53,703 nt of DNA from UHGV virus genome UHGV-0137934; one strand, written 5' to 3'. This DNA comes from a virus. A model generated the notes under the pieces. It saw only the letters and a list, made by a program, of their open reading frames with translations. It searched no databases and was not told the origin of the DNA. The position numbers and the translations under genes are program-made. Within the stretch, counting starts at the first letter, position 1. Every line of letters begins with the position of its first letter. Below are positions 30,539 to 39,109 of this stretch, in pieces.

Positions 30539-30757
30539 TCACATCGGCTTCGCTTCAAATTGACTCATTGCAAGAAGATTTTCCCACAAATTATTGGCTG
30601 GGCTCAAGGCAAATAAGCAGCTTACAGGATGATCGGGGAGCAGGTCAAAGAAGTGTCTGAAAACATGTGACTGAATCTCCAGCTTTGGGCGGAGCTGGCA
30701 GGTTGCTTTGGTTGCTGGATTTTTAAACTCGCAACCATGAAATGCTTCTCTCAGCAT
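30539..30757 (-). CDS. hypothetical ORF
   Basis: 72 aa, poor RBS. Confidence 0.2.
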   Translation of the reverse strand: MLREAFHGCEFKNPATKATCQLRPKLEIQSHVFRHFFDLLPDHPVSCLFALSPANNLWENLLAMSQFEAKPM

Positions 30758-30940
30758 TGCATTAAGGAAAGGCTCGATAATTGATTTGCTTATACCTGGA
30801 ACCGACTCAACGAGGGTTTTAAAGTGAGCCGCAGTATTTGCTGCGACACTGGTTGCAATAGCTATATGGCTGGATACTTCAACCCCCCTCAGTGCCAGAA
30901 AGCCCCCCTCTTATTGCTGTGAGTCCTCTCATGAACGAGG

Positions 30941-30971
30941 GGAAAAAAAAAGCCCGCTTTGAGAGCGGGCT
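30941..30971 (-). terminator. intrinsic terminator (minus strand)
   Basis: Hairpin AGCCCGC-TTTGAGA-GCGGGCT with 8-nt U-run on minus strand. Confidence 0.6.
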
Positions 30972-31141
30972 GAAAAAGTTGGCTTTCGAGGAGTAACGAT
31001 AAAGAAAGGTTCCTGATAGTCCGAGCTACCGATTTACCAGAAAAGCATTCCCTTTAATGTCGTTACTGTAATTAACCATAGTCTGCCAAAGAGGATGAGT
31101 AAACCTAACAGGATGTTCAGTTTACTTACTTGCGATTAGAT

Positions 31142-31253
31142 GTGGTGCCGGGTGCCTCCCGGTGAGCATGCCCCAACAGACATCACTCGCGTGGTATTCA
31201 CAGGGCTTTCGCTCTATTAGTTGGACGCCCCTCCGCATAGGGGGATTCACCAC
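31142..31253. repeat. structured element B (112 nt), paralogue of element A
   Basis: Identical 26-nt 5' end and near-identical 3' end to element A; variable middle. Confidence 0.35.
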
Positions 31254-31508
31254 AACAATAGATTAGCCATGCAGCATTCACATAGTCAATACCCTGTAGT
31301 TATAGGGTATATACGCATGCCGACAACTCTTAAATAAGTCAGAACACGATTAATTAATGCATATGAAATCATTACGGTATTAATGATAAAAACTCATACA
31401 AAACAATAAATTTAAAAGGAATTATCCGTTAGGATTTTTCCTACGCCAATCGCAAACTACGTTTTATAAAAACAAGAATGTCCATACTCTTTCCAGAGGT
31501 TAACTCAC

Positions 31509-31628
31509 ATGACAGCCATACTGATGATAGCGTTAGCTGTAGTTCTTCTTTTAGTTGCTGTGGGATTCCTGATTTCTTACATCAAAGAAAGGCGTAGATA
31601 TAAAAACACCTTTAAAAAATGGCACTAG
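31509..31628 (+). CDS. small membrane peptide B (39 aa)
   Basis: MTAILMIALAVVLLLVAVGFLISYIKERRRYKNTFKKWH; AGAGG RBS; paralogue of peptide A. Confidence 0.4.
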   Translation: MTAILMIALAVVLLLVAVGFLISYIKERRRYKNTFKKWH

Positions 31629-31657
31629 CCGATTGTTTGGGCAATCTTCAGGAGGGG

Positions 31658-31807
31658 TTATCCCCTCCGCTTCCATGCTGATAAACGGTTCAAGAAGAAC
31701 GCCAGTATCACGATAATCACCACCATATCCATCAGCATACCAGCCAGTCGCCAGCCTACGAACAGTAGAACACCAAACGGCACCCAGAAACACAGCCTGC
31801 GCAGCAT
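31658..31807 (-). CDS. small two-helix membrane protein (49 aa), coupled to upstream binding-protein gene
   Basis: MLRRLCFWVPFGVLLFVGWRLAGMLMDMVVIIVILAFFLNRLSAWKRRG; ATG 3 nt after stop of 31810..32655; not in ORF track (under 60 aa). Confidence 0.4.
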   Translation of the reverse strand: MLRRLCFWVPFGVLLFVGWRLAGMLMDMVVIIVILAFFLNRLSAWKRRG

Positions 31808-31809
31808 GA

Positions 31810-32655
31810 TTATTTGCCGTTAGTGCCGAGTACACGGCTCAGGTTTTTCAGCAGGACAGTCGATGCCGTTTCCAGCATATCATCACCGGCATCGGTATTT
31901 GCGACCACCAGCGTTTTAGTGCAAGGAACCTTCACCTTTGAATCGCTCAGCCAGCCGGACTCGGTCACCGCCTTTTTCAGCTCGTACACCGGTTTCCCGT
32001 TTGGCAGTTTATCGTCGACGTGCCAGCCGTTCATGTCGATCATCGTCAGGCCGCTGCCTTCCTGATTAACCGCCTCCAGAAACTTATTCGACCGGTCCGG
32101 TGCTGATACCCAGAGGAAGGCGTCATACTCGCCAGTGGTGACTTTCGCCAGAGAGCGCACACCGCCTTTGGCATAGGTCTCGACTTTGGCGTAATCCTTT
32201 TCCAGCCCCTGAAGATATTGCCAGGATGCATACGATCCGCTGGTTGGATCTCCGACTGCGATTTTCACACCAGCCTTTAAATCTCCTTCATCGCTGACCT
32301 TGCCCCCCTTCTTCACTGCAACAAAAACGCATTCATCTGCCAGTTCGCCGATTATGTCCACCTTCTGCGCTTCGTTGCTATGCCGACTGCGCCAGAACTG
32401 GAAAGCATCAGCCTGGGTGAAACCGATCTGGGCAGTACCGCTGGCAACCTTGTCGAGATTGTCCAGAGAGCCTTTACTGGGGATCACCATCGAGCTATAG
32501 CCATACTCACTTAGTGCGCTGGCGAGATTAACGCCATACACCGCGTTATAAGTCAGGCCCTGCTGGCCAGTAGTGATGACGACATCCGCAGCTGCCGCAA
32601 CATTACTCAGGCACAGCGAAGCGACCGCGATGGCGGCCATGATTAACTTTTTCAT
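31810..32655 (-). CDS. secreted periplasmic solute-binding-protein-like protein (TAXI/PhnD-like superfamily)
   Basis: 281 aa from ATG at 32655 with AAGGAAAG RBS; signal peptide MKKLIMAAIAVASLCLSNVAAA; ORF track N-terminal extension is unlikely. Confidence 0.5.
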   Translation of the reverse strand: MKKLIMAAIAVASLCLSNVAAAADVVITTGQQGLTYNAVYGVNLASALSEYGYSSMVIPSKGSLDNLDKVASGTAQIGFTQADAFQFWRSRHSNEAQKVDIIGELADECVFVAVKKGGKVSDEGDLKAGVKIAVGDPTSGSYASWQYLQGLEKDYAKVETYAKGGVRSLAKVTTGEYDAFLWVSAPDRSNKFLEAVNQEGSGLTMIDMNGWHVDDKLPNGKPVYELKKAVTESGWLSDSKVKVPCTKTLVVANTDAGDDMLETASTVLLKNLSRVLGTNGK

Positions 32656-32890
32656 GTGACTTTCCTTTACAGGGGTGAGCCAGTGCCCAGAGGTGATCGC
32701 CCTCAGAGAAGTCACGCGACCATTCTGTGGCTCACCCCTGTTAAGGCTCTGAGGATGATATGCACCGGCACCGGTGCAGAAATGAAAAAGCGCGCGTATG
32801 CGAGCCTTTAATTGTTGCCGCCACGTGGCGACTTTTTCACCAGTCTGATATCGTTGATTTGCCAATAACCATACAGACAAGGGGATTAAT

Positions 32891-33349
32891 GTGTCTGACT
32901 ACCACAACCTGTTACATGTGATTAAATCGCGCGTGTGTGAAAACAGGAGCATGTCGCACTCCGCTTATTATCCGGGCAGCATGCAGGACAATCAGATCAG
33001 AAACAGAACGGCGCTGATTTATGTCCTCGAAATGCTTCTCCATCTGCACAGACTAAAGTATGCCACTATTTTCAATCCGCTTGAGGGGAAAGCTGCGCTG
33101 CACCATCTCATCTTTATGAAAACAAATTGGCGGCCGTCAGTAATCAGAGATCTGAAATTGGAAGATGCTCTTTTTGTTATCCAGGATGAACTGAGGATAG
33201 AGAACATAAGCGACGAAGCTCAGGAGGCTTTAAGCTCATTCAACCTCCCTTCAGTTGCTTTCCTGTTTGAGGATTTTCCAGAAGAGGACTGGAACTATAG
33301 GGAAAACTCAACGTTCCTTCGAAACCTGATGATGAAAGCAACTCAATAG
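32891..33349 (+). CDS. hypothetical protein
   Basis: 152 aa; GTG start with AAGGGGA RBS; 3' end overlaps convergent ORF. Confidence 0.35.
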   Translation: MSDYHNLLHVIKSRVCENRSMSHSAYYPGSMQDNQIRNRTALIYVLEMLLHLHRLKYATIFNPLEGKAALHHLIFMKTNWRPSVIRDLKLEDALFVIQDELRIENISDEAQEALSSFNLPSVAFLFEDFPEEDWNYRENSTFLRNLMMKATQ

Positions 33350-33497
33350 ACTTGTCGATTTCTTTCAGCCGTTCTTCAAGAGCGGCTTTTTCTGCCACCA
33401 GACGATTGAATTGTGCAAGATGGATTTTCTGTTGCCCAAGCCAATCTTCCAGCTGTTGAGTGGTCATACCCGGGTTAAAAAAATATGGTTGCTGCAT
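33240..33497 (-). CDS. hypothetical coiled-coil protein
   Basis: 85 aa from ATG at 33497 with GGGGGA RBS. Confidence 0.4.
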   Translation of the reverse strand: MQQPYFFNPGMTTQQLEDWLGQQKIHLAQFNRLVAEKAALEERLKEIDKSIELLSSSGFEGTLSFPYSSSPLLENPQTGKQLKGG

Positions 33498-33791
33498 ACA
33501 GTCCCCCAAGATATAGATAAGGCCCGCGGATGCGAGCCTTCCAGCACAAAAACATTCACCTATTGGCTTTTACCAAAACCAGCCCCAGTTATCGACGAAC
33601 ACCTGAAGACAGGTAAACGCTATGTTATCAAATAGATACAACCTAATTTCCATGATAAGCCCCTTAAGTTTCGTTCATTGTCTAACCCATAGTAAGAATC
33701 TCATATTCAGTGAGCTCATTCTGGAACTATGGAACTAAAAAGAGCCAATATAGACATTTATTTTAAAAGTTACTTTTTTGAATCTTAGAAA

Positions 33792-34841
33792 CTAACTCAG
33801 CAAACTGCGCATTTCACTGACCGTCTGTTCAAACCGCTCGGTTTCCAGTTCAACGCCGATTCCACTCCGCCCAAGCAGAGCCGCTTGCTTTAGTGTGGAA
33901 CCCGAACCAGCAAAGAAATCAGCTACGACATCCCCTGGCCGACTGCTTGCAGTAATGATCTGCTGGAGCATATCGGCAGGTTTTTCGCATGGGTGCTTAC
34001 CTGGATAAAACTGAACCGGCTTATGTGTCCAGACGTCGGTATATGGCACCGTGACCGACACGCTAAATGGGCGCCGTAACCGGTAAAGCTCCTGCTGAAG
34101 TTCAGAATACTTCCGGTTAAGTGATTGCCAGGTAGCGACAAGCTGGTGGTGAGGTTTTCCCAGTTCGTTGCGTGAGTGCTTATCCATGGCGATTTTTTGA
34201 AACAGAGCCTGCAACTTCAAATAATCGGCTTCATTCGGCAGTTGCCACTGGCTAAGGCCAAACCAGTGGGAAACCATATTTTTTTTACCCGTGGCTTCTG
34301 CAATCTGGGCCGACGTCACGCCAAGAGATTCCCGGGCATCCCGGAAGTAAGAAATTAAAGGCGTCATGATGTGTTGCTTTAACTCATTACACTTTGCGGC
34401 ATATCCATCGTCTTTGGGCCTGTATGGCCCCTGATAATGGTCGGCAAAAATGATACGCTCAGTGGCCGGGAAATAAGCGCGTAAGCTCTCCTTATTGCAG
34501 CCGTTCCATCGCCCTGATGGCTTAGCCCAGATGATATGGTTGAGCAGGTTAAACCGCTCTCTCACCAACAGCTCAATATCCGCTGCCAGGCGGTGCCCAC
34601 AGAACAGATACATGCTGCCGGCAGGTTTTAACACTCGCCAGAACTGTGCCAGACAGCTATCCAGCCAACGTAAATAGTCCTCGTCCCCCTGCCATTGGTT
34701 ATCCCAGCCGTTTGGCTTCACCTTAAAATAAGGCGGATCGGTAACAATAAGATCAATGGAGTTATCGGGTAGTGATGGGAGGTATTGCAGGCAATCAGCA
34801 TTGATTAATTCAACACTGGATATTTTTACAGTATTTTTCAT
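33792..34841 (-). CDS. DNA methyltransferase, N6-adenine/N4-cytosine type (DPPY motif)
   Basis: 349 aa; IVTDPPYF motif; C-terminal SAM-binding FFAGSGST. Confidence 0.8.
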   Translation of the reverse strand: MKNTVKISSVELINADCLQYLPSLPDNSIDLIVTDPPYFKVKPNGWDNQWQGDEDYLRWLDSCLAQFWRVLKPAGSMYLFCGHRLAADIELLVRERFNLLNHIIWAKPSGRWNGCNKESLRAYFPATERIIFADHYQGPYRPKDDGYAAKCNELKQHIMTPLISYFRDARESLGVTSAQIAEATGKKNMVSHWFGLSQWQLPNEADYLKLQALFQKIAMDKHSRNELGKPHHQLVATWQSLNRKYSELQQELYRLRRPFSVSVTVPYTDVWTHKPVQFYPGKHPCEKPADMLQQIITASSRPGDVVADFFAGSGSTLKQAALLGRSGIGVELETERFEQTVSEMRSLLS

Positions 34842-34990
34842 AGATCAGTAAGCGTAACTCTGATAGGCTCACTTTGCTTTTGCGCTAAAGCAGTGGGCCG
34901 TGGTTAGCTTGTGACCTGAAAGCATGAGCTGATGGCTGGTCGGGTGCTACAACACCCACCAGCCGCCCATTTTCACAGCAAAAGCCCCCA

Positions 34991-35182
34991 TTACTGGAGG
35001 CGCTTATAACATCCGAACTGATAATCAGATAACCCCGCCATTACCAGCTGCGTAAGTATGAGCTGGCAGCGTTCGCGGCTCAGGTGAGTATTCTGAGCAA
35101 TCTCCCCAGCCGTAGCCGGTTTGTCACTTAATTCATCAAAAACAGCCTTGGCTGTTTCCGTTATATCTTGCTGATTTAGCAT
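34991..35182 (-). CDS. small winged-helix-like protein, first ORF after candidate late terminator
   Basis: 63 aa from ATG at 35182 with GAGGT RBS. Confidence 0.4.
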   Translation of the reverse strand: MLNQQDITETAKAVFDELSDKPATAGEIAQNTHLSRERCQLILTQLVMAGLSDYQFGCYKRLQ

Positions 35183-35283
35183 GTCTTTTACCTCAAATAA
35201 GTGGTGTGACATACAGATAACTCTGGTGACGGTATCCAGCAAGAACTAATTGAAAGAGAAGAAGATTTTATCGATTTTAGCCC

Positions 35284-35308
35284 ATAAAAAAACCCGCTCG
35301 CTGGCGGG
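35284..35308 (-). terminator. candidate tR'-type intrinsic terminator downstream of Q-like gene
   Basis: Minus-strand hairpin CCCGCC-AGCGA-GCGGG followed by U7. Confidence 0.5.
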
Positions 35309-35348
35309 TTAATCAACGTTGAACATACAAAGCCCATCGTTATAGATA

Positions 35349-35376
35349 AAATTACACAAAAGCGGCAACTTTGCAA
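35349..35376 (-). promoter_or_regulatory. candidate late promoter (P_R'-like): TTGCAA-N16-TAATTT
   Basis: Sigma70-like hexamers on minus strand between Q-like stop and terminator. Confidence 0.3.
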
Positions 35377-35392
35377 GTAACGTGTCGCTAAA

Positions 35393-36223
35393 TTATGCGA
35401 TATTTATGAAATCAGACACCTTTGTCACACGTTTAAGTTGTGAGTCGGTATAACTCTCTTCCTCAAAGCATTTTGTAACCAGACTTTCATAGAAAGGTTT
35501 CCAGCTGTATCGCCAGGTACGTTCTGGCAGACCAGGCAGCTCAGAGAGTATACCTCTGTAAGCATTTGAAGACTTAGGACGACTATAACCGCGACCTTCA
35601 CAACGTTTACATACTTTGTAGACAGGCACTCCCTGCAGCTCTGACTCTTTACGGTCCAGGGTTTTTCCCGTACCGCCACACTGGCATCGCTTGCTGATTT
35701 TCCCGGTGCCGCCGCATTTAAAGCAGAGAACATGGTCAATCTCTTCCACCTGACGTTTTACTTCAAAATCCGAAGGTGACTGCCCGAGGTCTTTTGCCCA
35801 TTGCGGTAATCTCATTTTGTAGTGGCTTTTTTCCACCATTGAGGTTTTTTTTATGAAGCCTGAACCAGAACACTTCCTGCAATCTACGCTGTCAGCTGCA
35901 GACGAGGCATAGTCGTTATAAGCGAACCGAGCTATTATCAGCATACACAGCGGGAACTTCTTCCCTGCTGCTTTTCTTATCGATCGAGGCGCTTTTGATT
36001 TTGCATATTCAGCCAACCAACTGACGGATGCCTTTCTGTCGTGTTCGCTGATTCCAGCTTTACCCAAAAACATTGACAGGCCTATTCCCGCCTCTGCCTG
36101 TGTCATCCCCAGTGCGGCCATTACATCTGTCACAGTGAGTTGCTCGCTGGCGGTTGCACGACCGCTATCGGAAATATGCATTCCTTTGGGCGCGAAAAAT
36201 TTGGGAATTGATTCAATATTCAT
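35393..36223 (-). CDS. Q-like late antiterminator (zinc-finger type)
   Basis: About 276 aa; CxxC...CxxC motifs; position upstream of late promoter/terminator. Confidence 0.5.
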   Translation of the reverse strand: MNIESIPKFFAPKGMHISDSGRATASEQLTVTDVMAALGMTQAEAGIGLSMFLGKAGISEHDRKASVSWLAEYAKSKAPRSIRKAAGKKFPLCMLIIARFAYNDYASSAADSVDCRKCSGSGFIKKTSMVEKSHYKMRLPQWAKDLGQSPSDFEVKRQVEEIDHVLCFKCGGTGKISKRCQCGGTGKTLDRKESELQGVPVYKVCKRCEGRGYSRPKSSNAYRGILSELPGLPERTWRYSWKPFYESLVTKCFEEESYTDSQLKRVTKVSDFINIA

Positions 36224-36241
36224 GCTCAGTACTCCATACAC

Positions 36242-37297
36242 TCAAGCTTTTACAATGACGCCGATACCCATTACCCGATCCAGAAAACGAGCCCACAGCT
36301 CTAACTGAGTGCCATATTTCTTTTCGAACTCTGATGTATTGGCGTGTAATTCATCGTGATGCACTCTGCACAGTGGTATCACGAAGAGATCATGGGCCTT
36401 GGTGCCAGTTCCCCCCAGACCATTCCCTATTATATGGTGTGGATCGTCTGATGGTTGCCTGCAGCATTCACATGGCTGAGTTTTAACCCAACGTGTGTAA
36501 ACTTCGCAGGTCCAGCGCCGGCGCTTTGGGCGGCGCATAAATGATTCGGGGCTGTTCGGATCGACACTAAGCCTCAGAGTGGGTTTACTTTCAATCTGAG
36601 GTTGCTCAATGAGTACGCTGGCGTCCGCCAGGTCTATGCCCTCAACAAGATCCTGAAGGATTTCACCTGCAGCAAATGACGGGACAATATCGCTATCCTT
36701 ATAAACGGACAGGAAAGGTTCCTCAGGCAGTCTTAAGGCCTGTTGCGCCATCGTCTCGGTTATTGCGTCAGCAATGCCGGATTTCACAGCCCACCAGCAG
36801 AGCTCCGCCATCGATAATTCGCGCTCCTTATTGTATCCAAGGCTGATCAGCACCCTTTCAATCACCCACTGAACCAGATTCTGATAAGCCAGCTCTGACA
36901 ACATTTCGGTGGTCTGCTCACGTAATTCATTATCACAATGCCAGCAGACAACCATGGCGCCAGGCGGATGCCGCATAGTCACTAATTCATGGTGGTGATA
37001 GTGGGAATGCGGGTACTGGCACTCTCTGACATTTCGTAGAAGCCAGGCCTCAAGAGCGTTAATTCCACCAGCTGCGTTAATAACCCTCTCATCCCTCATG
37101 AAAAAACGCAGAATGTCCATTTCGGCAAGCGGCTGACGTGCATCGGCGATCCGCCCAGTGGGCAGTGTTTTCATCTTCTCTGGCTGACGCTCTATCAGGA
37201 CACGGCCGCCGGTAAAGAGAGGCATCAATTCACGACCGGGTTTGAAAAGAACAACACCGAGACGAGACACGACTTCAGGGGTCAGTAATGCTCTCAC
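36242..37297 (-). CDS. DUF968-type phage protein with HNH-like C-terminal motif
   Basis: 351 aa; C-terminal PCECC ... HHIIGNG ... CRVHHDELH. Confidence 0.5.
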   Translation of the reverse strand: MRALLTPEVVSRLGVVLFKPGRELMPLFTGGRVLIERQPEKMKTLPTGRIADARQPLAEMDILRFFMRDERVINAAGGINALEAWLLRNVRECQYPHSHYHHHELVTMRHPPGAMVVCWHCDNELREQTTEMLSELAYQNLVQWVIERVLISLGYNKERELSMAELCWWAVKSGIADAITETMAQQALRLPEEPFLSVYKDSDIVPSFAAGEILQDLVEGIDLADASVLIEQPQIESKPTLRLSVDPNSPESFMRRPKRRRWTCEVYTRWVKTQPCECCRQPSDDPHHIIGNGLGGTGTKAHDLFVIPLCRVHHDELHANTSEFEKKYGTQLELWARFLDRVMGIGVIVKA

Positions 37298-38148
37298 TGA
37301 ATGCCCCCAGAAAGCTCTTTATCGTGGGTATATTCCCCATTCCAGGATTGCTTCATAGGCAGTTGTCCCTTCAGATACTTGCGATAAAGCCAAACAGCCC
37401 CATCGCGTAGGAGGACGGGCTGGTATGTTGTGAAACTGGCGGCGGCGCTCGGTGAAACTTTTGTGCTCTTCTCGGTGAGATACTTATCCCTGACCTGAGA
37501 TCTGACACGCCATTGAGCGTGATTGCCGTTAGGATTGTCATCGTAAAGCCAGTTAGCGCTCTGTAGGAAGGCGCTGACTTTACTGACGTTGACTCCATTC
37601 AGACGTTTGCAGAACTGCACTGGGGATAAGCCGTCGGTAAACAGGTTTTCAAGATGATCGATATATTGAGCCAGCCGGTGACTTAAAGCCTCAATCCTCT
37701 GCCTGGCTTCATACTCATCAGCCCACGCCCTGGCAGCTAGCGCCGGGTTGGAAAATTCAGGATGCGTATGGCTTATCGCTGATTTTGCCTGCTGCTCGCA
37801 ACTAATGAAATAACGCCTTACCTGACGACCTTTTTCATTGCGCTCTACCATCGCTAACTCTTTACCCATATCGATGGTGACCATGTAATCCACTGCCGGG
37901 CGCCCGCCGAGTGGGTTTTCGCCAGAACTGGCGATAACTGTATAATCGATGTTTTCAGCAAAACCGTACTGGCTAATACGAGACTTTATCCAGTTGCTGA
38001 AGTCACGACCGACCCCAAGAAAATTATGCAGTCGCCTGGCGCTTACCAACGAAGCTCTCTGATCGCCGATTGTGCCCTGCATTACCGGAATTACCTGATG
38101 CAATTGATTATCGACAGGCGTAGCTACGCCCATAACATGGTTAGCCAT
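37294..38148 (-). CDS. antirepressor (AntA/KilAC-type)
   Basis: About 284 aa from ATG 38148 with GGAGA RBS; N-terminal Bro/AntA-like region. Confidence 0.6.
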   Translation of the reverse strand: MANHVMGVATPVDNQLHQVIPVMQGTIGDQRASLVSARRLHNFLGVGRDFSNWIKSRISQYGFAENIDYTVIASSGENPLGGRPAVDYMVTIDMGKELAMVERNEKGRQVRRYFISCEQQAKSAISHTHPEFSNPALAARAWADEYEARQRIEALSHRLAQYIDHLENLFTDGLSPVQFCKRLNGVNVSKVSAFLQSANWLYDDNPNGNHAQWRVRSQVRDKYLTEKSTKVSPSAAASFTTYQPVLLRDGAVWLYRKYLKGQLPMKQSWNGEYTHDKELSGGIQ

Positions 38149-38237
38149 ATTTATCTCCATACACTCTGAAGTGACGAAAGGGCCTGCACGCCCGTTTCGT
38201 TTGCACCATTCGACATTACTGCCAACTAGCAAATCTT

Positions 38238-38636
38238 TCAACCCACAGCTGTACATACATCCACCACTTTTTGATAGCAGACTATGGTGATTTCTACCCT
38301 GCCTCCTTTGACGATTTCACCCCATTCAATAGCCATACGCTTAACCTGGTTGTCGTCCTCCCAGATACCGGCATAAGTCAAAGCATCAAGAAGTGCCTTG
38401 TTGTAATTGTCCAGGTCACGCCGGCGATAGTCTGGCGGATAGAGAATAATTTCTACAGCTGCTGGCGCGGTAGATGGTTTTGGTATTGCACGCAGTTGCT
38501 CAATGATCGCTGAACGTACTGCATGTTTGAATTTACGGCCGGCTGCGCTGACAAGGTGTTTACCTTTTGCGGGCCCCTTATTTGGGGACCGCCAGTAGAT
38601 GTTCACGCTGGGTGGGAATGGAAGAATAAATTTCAT
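38238..38636 (-). CDS. rusA: RusA Holliday-junction resolvase
   Basis: 132 aa; LPFPPSVN ... DLDNYNKALLDALT motif. Confidence 0.85.
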   Translation of the reverse strand: MKFILPFPPSVNIYWRSPNKGPAKGKHLVSAAGRKFKHAVRSAIIEQLRAIPKPSTAPAAVEIILYPPDYRRRDLDNYNKALLDALTYAGIWEDDNQVKRMAIEWGEIVKGGRVEITIVCYQKVVDVCTAVG

Positions 38637-39109
38637 TCTGCCTCCAGCACTATCTTCAACTCAAACGGAACATCTCCTCCGCAATAGCAGAGCGGGCCAA
38701 GGTCAGACATAAGGCTCCACAGGGTCATTGACGTATAGCCATTTTCGTCTGTTACCGGGGGCGAAAAGTCCCCGAAGATCCCCGGGTGCTGGATTCGATT
38801 CTGCTCGTGTTGTTTTTCCAAATGTCTGAGGGAGACTTCATTGAGTTTCACTTTTACGATGCTGTTGAGATTGACCGATATTTCTCTGGCCAGCAGCGCA
38901 GGGGTGATACTGATACCGCGAGAAACCCCGCGGCTGATTGTGATAACACCCTTTTTCTCTAACGCCTTGAGGTGCGTTGCTGCTGCATTGGGGGACCGGC
39001 ACCCCAGCATGCCGGTCAGTTCGTAAGTTGTAGGCGGAAAACCATGTTTACGCTGATATTCGATCAGGAGGTCAAGGACCTCCTGCTGCCTTAAGGTCAA
39101 GGAAGTCAT
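38633..39109 (-). CDS. LexA-type winged-HTH DNA-binding domain protein lacking S24 peptidase domain
   Basis: About 158 aa; N-terminus LTLRQQEVLDLL ... GFPPTTYEL ... NAAATHLKALEKKGVI matches LexA DNA-binding domain; C-terminus unrelated to LexA. Confidence 0.6.
   Translation of the reverse strand: MTSLTLRQQEVLDLLIEYQRKHGFPPTTYELTGMLGCRSPNAAATHLKALEKKGVITISRGVSRGISITPALLAREISVNLNSIVKVKLNEVSLRHLEKQHEQNRIQHPGIFGDFSPPVTDENGYTSMTLWSLMSDLGPLCYCGGDVPFELKIVLEAE

Noticed and set aside
30120-31253. CRISPR array or tandem-repeat (type III toxin-antitoxin-like) interpretation of the paired elements
   Set aside because: Only two copies, about 1 kb apart, with different lengths and variable interiors; no regular repeat-spacer periodicity and no cas or toxN gene.
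31551-31835. 94 aa minus-strand ORF spanning the peptide B region
   Set aside because: Out of frame with the better-supported 49 aa membrane ORF (31658..31807) and antisense to peptide B; no RBS.
31810-32880. Long N-terminal extension (75 aa) of the binding-protein ORF
   Set aside because: Extension is non-protein-like; the internal ATG at 32655 has a good RBS and starts a canonical signal peptide.
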